Positions 1-11,979 are shown, counted from the stretch's first letter. The stretch: 64,000 bases of DNA from Candidatus Chisholmbacteria bacterium RIFCSPHIGHO2_01_FULL_52_32 (GCA_001816585.1 MHCJ01000003.1:220228-284227), one strand, 5' to 3'. Made by a program: numbers and translations. The notes: generated by a model not told the origin, from the sequence alone.

Positions 1-1216
1 CCATTCCGGCCAGGGCAACGCCGTAGGCGGCAGTGAGGGGATCCGGGAAGAGGAGGAAGGAGGCGAGGATCGTGGCGCCGATTGCAAGAATTGCCCAAAC
101 GGTTGAAGAAAATCCCGAAACGAGCCCAGAGAGGATAACGGTTGCCGGTCCGGTCTGGCTTTGTTTGGCGATCTCTCTCACCGGTTTATGATCCCCTGTG
201 GCGTAGTCGGTCAGATAAAAGATAAGGACGGAAAGCGCAATACCGATGGTTGTGGCAATGGCGAGCTTCGGATTTCCAAAGATCAGGTTTGAGAGGAGGA
301 AGAAGCCGATGACCGAAGCGCCGGCTGAGATGCCAAAAGCCTTTAAAATTGCATTCATACCATCGCGGATTTGTTCTTTTCCGCGGGCACGGACTGCGAA
401 TATCCCGAGGATTGAGGTCAGGACGCCCAAGGCGCGGACGGCAAGCGGGAACAGGACACCGGGAAGTCCGAAGGTTGCCGCACCCAAGATCATGGCCGCG
501 ACCAGGGTAACTTCGTAGCTTTCAAACAGATCCGCCGCCATACCGGCGCAGTCTCCGACATTATCCCCGACCTGATCGGCGATCACGGCTGCGTTCCTGG
601 GATCGTCCTCGGGAATCCCCTTTTCGACCTTTCCCACCAGGTCGGCGCCGACATCGGCGGCCTTGGTATAGATTCCTCCGCCGACCCGCATGAAGAGGGC
701 AAGCAAACTTCCTCCAAACCCAAAGCCGATCAGGACTTCGGTTGCGAGAGCACCGTATTTCCAATAGATGAGGGTTGCTCCAAGGAGCCCTAAACCAACA
801 GTGAGCATACCGGTGGTGGCACCGGCCTTGAAGGAAAGTTCTAACGCTTCCGAGAAGCTACGCTTGGCTTGCTCCGCGACCTTCGTGTTGGTCCGTGTCG
901 CGATGTTCATGCCGATTGTCCCGACTAAGGCGGAAAAGAACGCCCCCAAGAGGAATGCCCCGGCGCGGCCCAAGGCGAGGCCGGGGTTCGGGCTTGCGGC
1001 GTAGAGAAGTACGGCGAGGATGACGACAATCGGGGCGATGGTGGTGAACTGACGCTTGAGGTAGGCGTTAGCCCCTTGAAGTATGGCGTTCCCGACTTCC
1101 TCCATCTTCGGATCTCCGGAAGGCTTTGCCAGGACAAGCTTGGCAAGGTAGATGGCTACCCCAATGCCGGCGAGGGCGGAGGCAAGGATAACGCTTAGGA
1201 ATGTGTTGGTATCCAT
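1..1216 (-). CDS. hppA: membrane-bound H+/Na+-translocating pyrophosphatase (M-PPase), N-terminal ~405 codons; gene continues past the left window edge
   Basis: Absent from the ORF track because it is partial. Minus-strand ATG at 1214-1216 opens a frame with no stop down to position 1. My translation MDTNTFLSVILASALAGIGVAIYLAK... contains GGGIYTKAADVGADLVGKVE and DQVGDNVGDCAGMAADLFESY, signature motifs of M-PPases. Strongly hydrophobic multi-TM profile. Confidence 0.8.
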   Translation of the reverse strand, partial: MDTNTFLSVILASALAGIGVAIYLAKLVLAKPSGDPKMEEVGNAILQGANAYLKRQFTTIAPIVVILAVLLYAASPNPGLALGRAGAFLLGAFFSALVGTIGMNIATRTNTKVAEQAKRSFSEALELSFKAGATTGMLTVGLGLLGATLIYWKYGALATEVLIGFGFGGSLLALFMRVGGGIYTKAADVGADLVGKVEKGIPEDDPRNAAVIADQVGDNVGDCAGMAADLFESYEVTLVAAMILGAATFGLPGVLFPLAVRALGVLTSILGIFAVRARGKEQIRDGMNAILKAFGISAGASVIGFFLLSNLIFGNPKLAIATTIGIALSVLIFYLTDYATGDHKPVREIAKQSQTGPATVILSGLVSGFSSTVWAILAIGATILASFLLFPDPLTAAYGVALAGM

Positions 1217-1374
1217 TACAATACAAGTTAAAAGTTTAAAGTGAAAGGTTTAAAATTGCAATTCAAATAAGTTAAAAGTTTAAAGTGAAAGGTTTAAAGT
1301 TGCAATTAAGAATTTAAAGTTTTCATTTTGTATTGAAATTTTGAACTTTGAATTTTAAACTTTGCACTTTCTTA

Positions 1375-3369
<1,995 letters not shown>

Positions 3370-3581
3370 TTAAATATTCAATTTTCAGTCCGCCTGCGCC
3401 AAGTCAGACTTGGCTACGGCAGGATTGCAGCTTCGGGATATGGAAAGGGCTCTCGTGATACCAGTCAGAGAATCCGAGGGCTCTTCGCCCTCGGAGCTTC
3501 AACAATCTCTTTAGCGTCAATTGTAACAGACTGATAACCGGGTGTCCAGGACATTTTGTCCCACAATCATGGGCTTTTCCT

Positions 3582-4283
3582 CTAGGAATTGCCTCTATTT
3601 CGATCGTTCCCTTTCCTATCTTGGGGAAACCGGAGCGCTAAATGTTCCAGGGTTAAGCGCGGATTGACGTTTGCATCAAGATCGAGAATCGCCTGATGAG
3701 TGAGTTTTACCACTTGGTACCACCAGGGGTCCAGCTTCATTTTCTCTCTTGCGAGCATGAGGATTTGGCGGAGCCTGGCCTTCGCTTCTTTTTGGTCAAT
3801 TTCGCCCACCGCTTTCAGACGCAGGGAAAGGGAGGGTTCCATGAGGCTCCGCGCGAGGTCAACTGCCTCGCCTCGGATCGTTGACCGCGGAGAAGGAGAG
3901 GTTGCCAGCATGAGCTGGCAGCGTGAACGAATGGTGGGGATGAGGGAATACTGGTTTCTGGTTTCCAGTATCAAGAAGGAGTTTGGTGCGGGTTCTTCAA
4001 GCGTTTTTAGGATCGCATGTTGGGCTTCGCGAGTCATGCGGTCGGCCCGAATTATAACGACGATCTTTGCTTTGCTTCTGAACGGTTTGAATTTAAGCGA
4101 TGAAATAATTCCCCTTATTGCCTCGATTCCGATGGTCGGATCGGGCCTTAAGATGAATGTGTCCGGATCGGAACGAATTAGCTCACTTTTATTTCCTGAC
4201 TCAGCCCGCAACCTGGCAATGAGATGCCTCACTTTTTCCCGGCGGGTTTTGGTTGTTCCTTGGCAGATGAGGAAGCTATGCAT
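3582..4283 (-). CDS. holB: DNA polymerase III delta-prime-like clamp-loader subunit
   Basis: 233 aa. SFLILETRNQYSLIPTIRSRCQ matches the delta-prime / AAA+ clamp-loader sensor motif (TIxSRC). Short for holB. Confidence 0.65.
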   Translation of the reverse strand: MHSFLICQGTTKTRREKVRHLIARLRAESGNKSELIRSDPDTFILRPDPTIGIEAIRGIISSLKFKPFRSKAKIVVIIRADRMTREAQHAILKTLEEPAPNSFLILETRNQYSLIPTIRSRCQLMLATSPSPRSTIRGEAVDLARSLMEPSLSLRLKAVGEIDQKEAKARLRQILMLAREKMKLDPWWYQVVKLTHQAILDLDANVNPRLTLEHLALRFPQDRKGNDRNRGNS

Positions 4284-4410
4284 GTTCCAAATTTAAAGTT
4301 TAAAATTCAAAGTTAAAAGTTACAACTAATAAAATTAAAAGTTTCTCTCCTAACTTGTAACTTTAAACTGCAACTTTGAACTTTACACTTTACACTTTAA
4401 ACTTTTTTGA

Positions 4411-4441
4411 CCCTCAACCCTCAACCCTCAACCCTCAACCC
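4411..4441. repeat. (CCCTCAA)x4 heptamer microsatellite in the holB/pilB divergent intergenic region
   Basis: ccctcaaccctcaaccctcaaccctcaaccc read directly, preceded by an AAAGTT-rich AT spacer. Confidence 0.9.
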
Positions 4442-4496
4442 TTTTCTATACCCCTTTCTTGCCTTGACATTCTAGCATAAAGCTTCATAATTTTAT

Positions 4497-6320
4497 TTGA
4501 CACCGCCCTCCTTCTCGCCTGGCGTATTTGGTGGAATTTATCATATGCCCAATGACCCTGCCACTTCAGACAGTCCACGTTCGAAACCGTCCTCTGCCCC
4601 CTCGTCCATTCTGGATTTCCTGCTTCAGGTAAAGACGCTTACTAAAGAGCAGTATGACCAGATTCGGTTTGAGTCGGCTAGCGGAGGAAGAAGCCCTGAA
4701 GATTTGATGGTTGAAAAAAACTTGGTCGGTGAAGAGGCGTTGGCTCGGGCAAAGGCCTCGTTCTATAATGTCCCCTTTCTCGATTTAGAGCGGACGGCCG
4801 CTTCTCCGGAGGCGCTTGATAAACTTCCCGAAAGTGTTGCCAGTCGGTATAAAGCGCTCCCTTTTGAATATAACCAGAAGGACAATACGTTGTCCGTGGC
4901 AATGGCAAACCCACTGGACCTTGAGGCAATCGAGTTTATCGAAAAGAAGTCTGGCTGTCAGGTCATTCCGTTCATGGTTGTTGAATCGCAACTTACGTCC
5001 TTGATCGGAGACCTCTATGCCCAGAGCCTTTCTGTCGAGGTTACCGAGGCTTTAAAAGAGGCGGCTCCGGGAGAGGGAAAGGTTACGACAATTGATATTA
5101 CGAAACTCGGGGAGGTCATCCGCGAGGCACCGATTGCGAAGGTCGTGGCAACCTTACTTGAGTTTGCGATTAAAGCCCGGGCTTCAGATATCCATATTGA
5201 GCCTTTGGTGGATAGAACACGGGTACGATACCGGATTGATGGGATTCTGGTAGAGAAGCTCATATTGCCACGGCGTGTCCATAACGCGGTCGTCTCGCGG
5301 ATCAAGATACTTTCCGGAATGAAGATTGACGAGAAAAGACTCCCGCAGGACGGTCGTTTCAATTTCAAGATTGGGGAGGAAGAGGTTGATCTTCGGGTTT
5401 CCACCTTGCCGATCGTCCATGGAGAAAAGGTGGTAATGCGGTTACTGAAGAAAACCGGTCGCGTTCCGACTATGCCCGAGTTGGGTCTGCGCGGTATGGC
5501 CCTGAAGAACCTCCAGGAAGCGGTTCGGGTTCCCCACGGAATTATCCTGATCACCGGTCCGACAGGATCTGGGAAGACGACGACGTTGTATGCGATTCTC
5601 TCCAAACTGAATACTCCTCAAGTGAATATCATCACCCTTGAGGATCCGGTGGAATACGAAATGGCCGGGGTGAATCAGGTCCAGGTTAACCCGCTGGCTG
5701 GCTTAACCTTTGCCTCAGGGATGCGCAGCTTCCTTCGGCAGGACCCCAATATCATCATGGTCGGTGAGGTACGAGATACCGAGACCGCAGAGCTTGCCAT
5801 CCAGGCATCGCTGACCGGGCACTTGGTCTTCTCAACCTTGCATACGAACTCCGCCTCTGGGGCTCTCCCCCGGCTTTTGGATATGAAAGCCGAGCCTTTC
5901 TTGTTGGCATCCTCGATGACTTGCGTAATGGCCCAGCGGGTGGTTCGAAAAATTTGTGAACATTGCAAAGCTCCGATTTCCCCCCCGCCCGAGCTCGTTA
6001 CGGATATGAAGAAGGTTCTCGGTTCGTTGTATGACACGGTCAGATACGGTCAGGGAACGGGAGAAGGAGCTGTCACGCTGTACCGAGGAAAACACTGTGC
6101 TGAATGCGGCGATACCGGATACAGCGGCCGGGTTGGGATTTTTGAAGTGCTGCCGGTGTCGGAGCGGATCGGGCGGCTCATCTTGGAACGTGCACCGGCC
6201 AGTCGTATTGAGGAACAGGCAGTTTCCGAGGGTATGGTGTTGATGAAGCAGGACGGATATTTGAAGGCTTTGGAAGGAATTACTACAATAGAAGAAGTGC
6301 TTAGAGTTGCGGAGTCCTAG
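4497..6320 (+). CDS. pilB: type IV pilus assembly ATPase PilB (GspE family)
   Basis: 607 aa. N-terminal GspII-like domain, Walker A ITGPTGSGKTTTLYA, C-terminal tetra-Cys (CEHC...CAEC). First gene of the pilus locus. Confidence 0.9.
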   Translation: MTPPSFSPGVFGGIYHMPNDPATSDSPRSKPSSAPSSILDFLLQVKTLTKEQYDQIRFESASGGRSPEDLMVEKNLVGEEALARAKASFYNVPFLDLERTAASPEALDKLPESVASRYKALPFEYNQKDNTLSVAMANPLDLEAIEFIEKKSGCQVIPFMVVESQLTSLIGDLYAQSLSVEVTEALKEAAPGEGKVTTIDITKLGEVIREAPIAKVVATLLEFAIKARASDIHIEPLVDRTRVRYRIDGILVEKLILPRRVHNAVVSRIKILSGMKIDEKRLPQDGRFNFKIGEEEVDLRVSTLPIVHGEKVVMRLLKKTGRVPTMPELGLRGMALKNLQEAVRVPHGIILITGPTGSGKTTTLYAILSKLNTPQVNIITLEDPVEYEMAGVNQVQVNPLAGLTFASGMRSFLRQDPNIIMVGEVRDTETAELAIQASLTGHLVFSTLHTNSASGALPRLLDMKAEPFLLASSMTCVMAQRVVRKICEHCKAPISPPPELVTDMKKVLGSLYDTVRYGQGTGEGAVTLYRGKHCAECGDTGYSGRVGIFEVLPVSERIGRLILERAPASRIEEQAVSEGMVLMKQDGYLKALEGITTIEEVLRVAES

Positions 6321-6355
6321 CTGTTCCATTAATTCTTAATTCGTGAAGGATCCTG

Positions 6356-7417
6356 ATGGATATTGTCAAGCTTCTTGAGAAAACGATTTCGGCTGCTGCC
6401 TCTGATTTACATATTGTTGTTGGTTTACCGCCAATGATCCGCGTTGAGGGAGAACTGTCTCCCGTCGAAGAGAGGCCGCTGACTGATGAAGAAACCCAGG
6501 AGATGGTCTTTTCGCTGCTTTCCCCGGAGCAAAAGGACCTCTTCTTAGTGAACCGAGAGCTCGATTTCTCCTATGACCATGAAGCGAAAGGGAGATTTCG
6601 GGTCAATGCCTACCACCAAAAAGGATTTGTTTCGGCCGCGCTGCGGCTCATCCCTTCCCAGATCCGGACCATTGAAGAGCTGAACCTTCCGAAGGTCCTC
6701 CATGATTTCGCCAAGCTCCGCCAGGGGTTTGTATTGGTCACCGGGCCTACCGGGCACGGTAAATCGACAACCTTGGCTGCGGTTATCCAGGAGATTAACG
6801 AGACTCAAGCCTCCCACATCGTGACCGTTGAAGACCCCATTGAATACGTCTACCCCATCGGAAGAAGCATCATTTCCCAGCGCGAGCTCCACTCGGATAC
6901 TCACTCTTGGGAAATTGCTCTCCGAAGTGCCCTTCGAGAAGACCCGGATGTGGTTTTGATCGGAGAAATGCGGGATTATGAAACCATCGCGGCAGCCCTC
7001 ACCATCGCTGAGACCGGCCACTTGGTTTTTGCGACCTTGCATACCAACAGCGCGGCCCAGACCATTGACCGGATTGTCGATGTGTTCCCCGAGCACCAGC
7101 AAGCGCAGGTCAAGATGCAGCTTTCAAACACGCTTGAAGCGGTGCTGTCCCAACGGCTCCTTCCTTCGGTAACCGGCGGAAGAATTCCCGTTGCAGAGAT
7201 TCTTTTGGCAAATGCGGCAGTCCGGACGACCATTCGTGAAGGAAAGACCCATCTTATCGATAACGTCATTCAAACTTCTGCCGACATCGGCATGAACACC
7301 TTGGAAACCAGCATGGCCTATTGGGTAAAGGCAGGGAAGCTTTCGCTTCAGGTTGCGACAGAGTGGGCGCTCCGGCCGGCTGAACTTCGGCGGCTGGTCC
7401 GTGGCGGAAAGGAGTAA
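6356..7417 (+). CDS. pilT: twitching-motility / pilus retraction ATPase PilT
   Basis: 353 aa. Walker A VTGPTGHGKSTTLAA and typical PilT size. Immediately downstream of pilB. Confidence 0.9.
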   Translation: MDIVKLLEKTISAAASDLHIVVGLPPMIRVEGELSPVEERPLTDEETQEMVFSLLSPEQKDLFLVNRELDFSYDHEAKGRFRVNAYHQKGFVSAALRLIPSQIRTIEELNLPKVLHDFAKLRQGFVLVTGPTGHGKSTTLAAVIQEINETQASHIVTVEDPIEYVYPIGRSIISQRELHSDTHSWEIALRSALREDPDVVLIGEMRDYETIAAALTIAETGHLVFATLHTNSAAQTIDRIVDVFPEHQQAQVKMQLSNTLEAVLSQRLLPSVTGGRIPVAEILLANAAVRTTIREGKTHLIDNVIQTSADIGMNTLETSMAYWVKAGKLSLQVATEWALRPAELRRLVRGGKE

Positions 7418-7447
7418 GATTGTTGGCTTTCTGGTGGGCCTGCCTGT

Positions 7448-8656
7448 ATGGAGCAATTTCGGTATAAAGCAAAATCTCATGAGGGTGGAAAAGCACAAAG
7501 CGGAAAAGTTGAGGCACGTGACATTCGTCAGGCAGCCTCCATTCTTCGTGAAAGAGGCTTAGTGGTTGTTGGGCTTTCTCCGATCAGCCACCACATCCGC
7601 TTCACCTTCGTTTCCTCCTTTTTACATCGGGTGAAGTTTGTCGACATCGCTAATTTTACCCGTCAGCTGTCTACAATGATTACGGCAGGATTGCCGCTCA
7701 CGGACTCGTTGTCTCTGTTGGAAACCCAGGTTTCCCCCGGGCTTCAGACGATCGTTTCCGAAGTCCTGCGGGACGTCGAGGGTGGAAAGCCGCTCGGTGA
7801 GGCGCTCGAGAAGCACCCGCATGTATTTAACACGGTCTACGTTTCCTTGGTCCGGGCCGGGGAGGCGGCGGGAAAGCTTGATGAAATGCTCGCCAGACTT
7901 GCCGACAACCTTGAGAAAGAGAGGGAGTTCCGGGCGAAGACCAAAGGGGCAATGATCTACCCTCTTATCATTATTATCGGCATGATCATCGTCACGGCGG
8001 TCATGATGATTTTTGTGATTCCGAAGATGACTCAATTGTATGACGACTTTGGGGCGAAGTTACCCTTTGCCACTCTTCTTTTGGTGAATATCTCCAAATT
8101 CTTTTCCTCATTTTGGTATATTGTGCTTCTCATTGGGGTGGGGTCAAGTTGGATGTTTCGCCTTTGGCGTGCAACCCCCATAGGACGGCGATCGTTTGAT
8201 GAGTTTATCTTCCGCATACCGGTCTATGGGAACTTGCGCAGAGAGGTGTTGCTTGCAGAATTTTGTCGGACGCTGGGTTTGTTGGTGGGTGCGGGTGTTT
8301 CGATCGTTGAGGGATTGAATATCGTATCCGATACCTTGCCCAACCAGGTCTACGCCGATTCCGTGCGCGAGACCGCAAAAAGAGTCGAAAAAGGGCTTTC
8401 CGTTGCGGCAACAATCGCTTTGTATCCCCATTTCCCCCCTATTCTTTCGCAGATGCTTTCCGTCGGAGAGGAGACGGGAAAAATCGATGAGGTGTTATTG
8501 AAACTCGCCGTCTATTTTGAAACGGAATCGGAACACCTCATAAAAGGCTTGACAACCGCAATTGAGCCTCTTATCATGGTTTTCTTAGGCATCGGTGTCG
8601 GGTTTTTGGTCATCTCAGTGATCATGCCGATTTATAACCTCACCAGCCAAATGTAA
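7448..8656 (+). CDS. pilC: type IV pilus inner-membrane platform protein PilC (GspF family)
   Basis: 402 aa. Two GspF repeats with TM segments. Confidence 0.85.
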   Translation: MEQFRYKAKSHEGGKAQSGKVEARDIRQAASILRERGLVVVGLSPISHHIRFTFVSSFLHRVKFVDIANFTRQLSTMITAGLPLTDSLSLLETQVSPGLQTIVSEVLRDVEGGKPLGEALEKHPHVFNTVYVSLVRAGEAAGKLDEMLARLADNLEKEREFRAKTKGAMIYPLIIIIGMIIVTAVMMIFVIPKMTQLYDDFGAKLPFATLLLVNISKFFSSFWYIVLLIGVGSSWMFRLWRATPIGRRSFDEFIFRIPVYGNLRREVLLAEFCRTLGLLVGAGVSIVEGLNIVSDTLPNQVYADSVRETAKRVEKGLSVAATIALYPHFPPILSQMLSVGEETGKIDEVLLKLAVYFETESEHLIKGLTTAIEPLIMVFLGIGVGFLVISVIMPIYNLTSQM

Positions 8657-8775
8657 TAAAAGTTTAAAGTTCAAAGTTGAAGAGCCGAATTATCTCATGA
8701 CTGTTAACTTTTCATTTTTAACTTTTCACTTTTTTGCTGTCCAGAGAGGGGGTGAAAGGAAAAGCTACTTTCCTT

Positions 8776-9324
8776 ATGAAACTCAAACTCTCAAGAGGAT
8801 TTACCCTTATTGAGCTACTGATCGTCATTGCGGTGTTGGGAATCCTTGTGGTTGCCATCCTTTCCGCCCTTGATCCTTTAGAGCAATTACGCAAAGCGCG
8901 GGATGCCGGACGAAAATCCGATGCGGCTGAACTGTTGGCTGCTTACGAGCGGTACTACACCACCTACAACTGTTATCCTTGGGATACCGGTGCACCGACC
9001 TGTACGGCAAGTGTCCTTCGGTCATCGGCGGTAAACCCAGATTTTGCCGTTGCGGGAGCTGATTACCGTCTGATCACTCAAGGTGAGATGAAAGCCCAGT
9101 TTGCCAACCGGCGAACCGTGGTAGCGACCACGCCGGCAAACCAAAGACTTTATGTCAGTGAAGCAGCCGGGAGACAAGTTTCCGTCTGTTTTGAGCCCGA
9201 GTCAGGATCTGCGAGAACCGCTGGTGCGCAGGGACCGCTTCGGAACAACACGAACAGTGCGACGGCGGTCTGCGGAGCGGGAGCGTATCCAAGTACGACC
9301 TGCTATATCTGCGTACCGCAATAA
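8776..9324 (+). CDS. type IV major pilin paralog 1 (GspG-like; prepilin leader, N-methylation domain)
   Basis: Preferred start MKLKLSRGFTLIELLIVIAVLGIL (ATG 8776); the track ORF starts upstream at 8734. Prepilin peptidase site G|FTLIEL, C-terminal Cys pairs. Its 5' ~245 nt plus ~30 nt of leader are nucleotide-identical to paralog 2. Confidence 0.8.
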   Translation: MKLKLSRGFTLIELLIVIAVLGILVVAILSALDPLEQLRKARDAGRKSDAAELLAAYERYYTTYNCYPWDTGAPTCTASVLRSSAVNPDFAVAGADYRLITQGEMKAQFANRRTVVATTPANQRLYVSEAAGRQVSVCFEPESGSARTAGAQGPLRNNTNSATAVCGAGAYPSTTCYICVPQ

Positions 9325-9433
9325 CATACGCAGTGATCGTTGGGCAAACGCGTTATTCTTTGCCCTGAAGCGGGATAGTGTAGAGTGCCTTAAATACAAA
9401 GAGGGGGGGTGAGAGGAAAAACTATTTTTCCTT

Positions 9434-9988
9434 ATGAAACTCAAACTCTCAAGAGGATTTACCCTTATTGAGCTACTGATCGTCATTGCGGTGTTGGGAA
9501 TCCTTGTGGTTGCCATCCTTTCCGCCCTTGATCCTTTAGAGCAATTACGCAAAGCGCGGGATGCCGGACGAAAATCCGATGCGGCTGAACTGTTGGCTGC
9601 TTACGAGCGGTACTACACCACCTACAACTGTTATCCTTGGGATACCGGTGCACCGACCTGTACGGCGGTTGTCAACAGAGCTGTGGCTGTCAATCCGAAC
9701 TTTGCCGTGGCCGGTGATGATTACCGTCTGATCACTCAAGGTGAGATGAAAGCCCAGTTTGCAAACCGGCGGACTGTGATAGCCACGACGCCCGCTGCAG
9801 AGCGGTTGTTTGTGAGCGAAATTGCCGCTACGCGACAAGCTTCAGTCTGTTTTGAGCCCGAATCCGGATCGGCGAGAAACGCGGGTGCCCAAGGACCATT
9901 GCGCACCAATACGAATGCGCCGGATGCGGACAACCTCTGCACCGGGACGTATCCGAACGCATCTTGCTTTATCTGCGTTCCGCAGTAA
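9434..9988 (+). CDS. type IV major pilin paralog 2
   Basis: MKLKLSRGFTLIELLIVIAVLGIL... The N-terminal 78 aa are identical to paralog 1. The C-terminal half is divergent but retains identical internal patches (DYRLITQGEMKAQFANRRTV) and Cys pairs. Confidence 0.85.
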   Translation: MKLKLSRGFTLIELLIVIAVLGILVVAILSALDPLEQLRKARDAGRKSDAAELLAAYERYYTTYNCYPWDTGAPTCTAVVNRAVAVNPNFAVAGDDYRLITQGEMKAQFANRRTVIATTPAAERLFVSEIAATRQASVCFEPESGSARNAGAQGPLRTNTNAPDADNLCTGTYPNASCFICVPQ

Positions 9989-10024
9989 AGACATACAAAA
10001 ATCGAGACAACCTCTGATCGTGGT

Positions 10025-10840
10025 ATGATTGGTACGATGATCATCGGAGCTGTCTCGGTTTTTTTATTCGGTTTGGCTATAGGGAGTTTTCTTAACGTTG
10101 TTATCTATCGAACCATCCATGGGGAGAGCCCGTTTGAGGGCCGCAGCCGTTGTCCTCATTGTAAAAAAACCATTCGGGCAATCGACAACATTCCCCTTCT
10201 CTCCTTTCTTTTTCTCGGCGGCCGGTGCAGATACTGCAAGACGAAGATCTCCTGGACCTACCCGGTCATTGAATTGTTGACCGGGGTTCTATTTGTCTGG
10301 TGGTGGCTGGGCGGTTCGCTTTTCTTTAAACTGACCGCTGCCCCGTTTGTTTACCTTCAACCGTTGTTTTGGCTTACGGTGGGGACACTCCTTCTTTCCC
10401 TGTTTTTTACCGATTTTCTCTACGGTATCCTCCCTGATATTCTGGTCGGCGTATTGGGAGTATTGGCCCTGGCGTACCGAGTGCTATTGACCTATACAGG
10501 AATCATGCAGTGGCCCGATTTTTGGTATTCTATCGCAAGCGGAATCGGCGCTTCACTGTTTTTCTTTGCCCTCCACGCATTAACCCGCGGGCGCGGGATG
10601 GGCATGGGCGATGTGAAGCTTGGTTTGGCCTTCGGAATCCTTTTGGGGTGGCCGAGGACACTTGTAGCGGTGTTTGCCAGTTTTGTCAGCGGGGCTCTGG
10701 TCGGGGTGTGGTTACTTGCGAGCGGTCGTCGGCAGTTTGGTCAGACTATTCCATTCGGTCCGTTTCTTGTTCTCGGGACGATGGTTTCTCTCCTTTGGGG
10801 CGGGGCACTTTGGAGTTGGTATATGGGGATGATATTCTAG
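10025..10840 (+). CDS. pilD: prepilin peptidase / N-methyltransferase PilD (A24 family)
   Basis: 271 aa. N-terminal CPHC...CRYC zinc-binding tetrad, multi-TM, catalytic Asp motif GMGDVKL. Confidence 0.85.
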   Translation: MIGTMIIGAVSVFLFGLAIGSFLNVVIYRTIHGESPFEGRSRCPHCKKTIRAIDNIPLLSFLFLGGRCRYCKTKISWTYPVIELLTGVLFVWWWLGGSLFFKLTAAPFVYLQPLFWLTVGTLLLSLFFTDFLYGILPDILVGVLGVLALAYRVLLTYTGIMQWPDFWYSIASGIGASLFFFALHALTRGRGMGMGDVKLGLAFGILLGWPRTLVAVFASFVSGALVGVWLLASGRRQFGQTIPFGPFLVLGTMVSLLWGGALWSWYMGMIF

Positions 10841-11038
10841 TTAAAAGTTAAAAGTTAAAAGTTAAAAGTTTCAGAGTGAACAGAAAACAGTTAAAAGTGG
10901 AAAGTGAGAAGTTGAAAACGCCCATTTTAAACGAGCGACGGTAACTTTGAACTTTGAATTGTAATTTAAACTTTTCATTTTTTATTTTTAACTTGTTCCT
11001 GTTGACAGGATTTAGGGAGGCTGTCATACTTTTTTTGA

Positions 11039-11437
11039 ATGCGAAAAAACAGGGGATTTACGATCATCGAGCTTCTGGTGGCTTTGACGATCGTTGCCAT
11101 CATCACCGCTCTGGCGGTGGCAAGCTATACCTCCGCCAGACGAAATAGCCGGAATGCCAAGCGGCGGGGCGACATGGTCGCACTTCAGCAGGCGTTCGAA
11201 CAGTATTATCTTTCGAACCAGACCTACGCAACTCCCTGCTCGACTATGGCAACGGGATATTTACAAGGTTCCTTCCCCGCGGAAACGCTCGTCGGTTGGA
11301 ACGCGTACGCGCAAAACTGTACGGCTACGACGTACTGCGTTTGTGCACGTTTGGAGGGCGGAGGAGGCGGAAATGCGTCGAACAGCACGTGTACGTTCGG
11401 AACGGGGGAATATTTTTGCGTTGCGAACCAACAGTAA
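11039..11437 (+). CDS. type IV pilin / pseudopilin (N-methyl domain)
   Basis: MRKNRGFTIIELLVALTIVAIITALAVASY prepilin N-terminus. Cys-rich C-terminal domain. Confidence 0.8.
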   Translation: MRKNRGFTIIELLVALTIVAIITALAVASYTSARRNSRNAKRRGDMVALQQAFEQYYLSNQTYATPCSTMATGYLQGSFPAETLVGWNAYAQNCTATTYCVCARLEGGGGGNASNSTCTFGTGEYFCVANQQ

Positions 11438-11500
11438 TGAATGGCAAATAGCTGATGGCGAATAGCACATAGCGTAGAGGATAGAGAGAATATCTAATTT

Positions 11501-11526
11501 CTAAACCCTAAACCCTAAACCCTAAG
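11501..11526. repeat. (CCCTAAA)x3 heptamer array
   Basis: ctaaaccctaaaccctaaaccctaag read directly; upstream of the minor-pilin block. Confidence 0.9.
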
Positions 11527-11538
11527 AACCTGACATTT

Positions 11539-11979
11539 ATGACTATAAACCAAAGACTGAAGACCAGCGACCAACATGAATCGTCTGGTTTTACCCTGAT
11601 TGAGCTCCTGGTGGCTGTTGCCATCTTTGCGATTTTGACCGCGCTCGCAGTGGTGAGCTACACTTCGGCGAACCGAAGGGCGCGGGATGGGCGACGACGG
11701 TCGGATTTGGAGCAGGTGAGAACTGCCCTTGAGATCTATCGGGCGGATAACACCAGTTATCCGGTCGGGACAAACTTCACGACCATGGTGAATACCTTGG
11801 TCGCGGGAAATTATCTGTCTACAGCCCCAACCGATCCCCGGGGATACGGCTACTACTACAATTCCGCGACCGGGGTTGATTACTACGTTTGTGGCTACCT
11901 TGAAACGGGTGGTCCTGCCAATTGTGGCGCGAACTGTGCTGCTCCCGGAAACTGTAATTATCGAGTGGATAGCCCATGA
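11539..11979 (+). CDS. GspG-like pseudopilin
   Basis: GFTLIELLVAVAIFAILTALAVVSY N-terminus. TAPTDPRGYGYYYN resembles the GspG PTDPWG motif. Confidence 0.8.
   Translation: MTINQRLKTSDQHESSGFTLIELLVAVAIFAILTALAVVSYTSANRRARDGRRRSDLEQVRTALEIYRADNTSYPVGTNFTTMVNTLVAGNYLSTAPTDPRGYGYYYNSATGVDYYVCGYLETGGPANCGANCAAPGNCNYRVDSP

Noticed and set aside
5015-5605. 196-aa minus-strand ORF
   Set aside because: Antisense inside pilB; low-complexity Ser/Arg/Pro-rich translation typical of spurious antisense frames.
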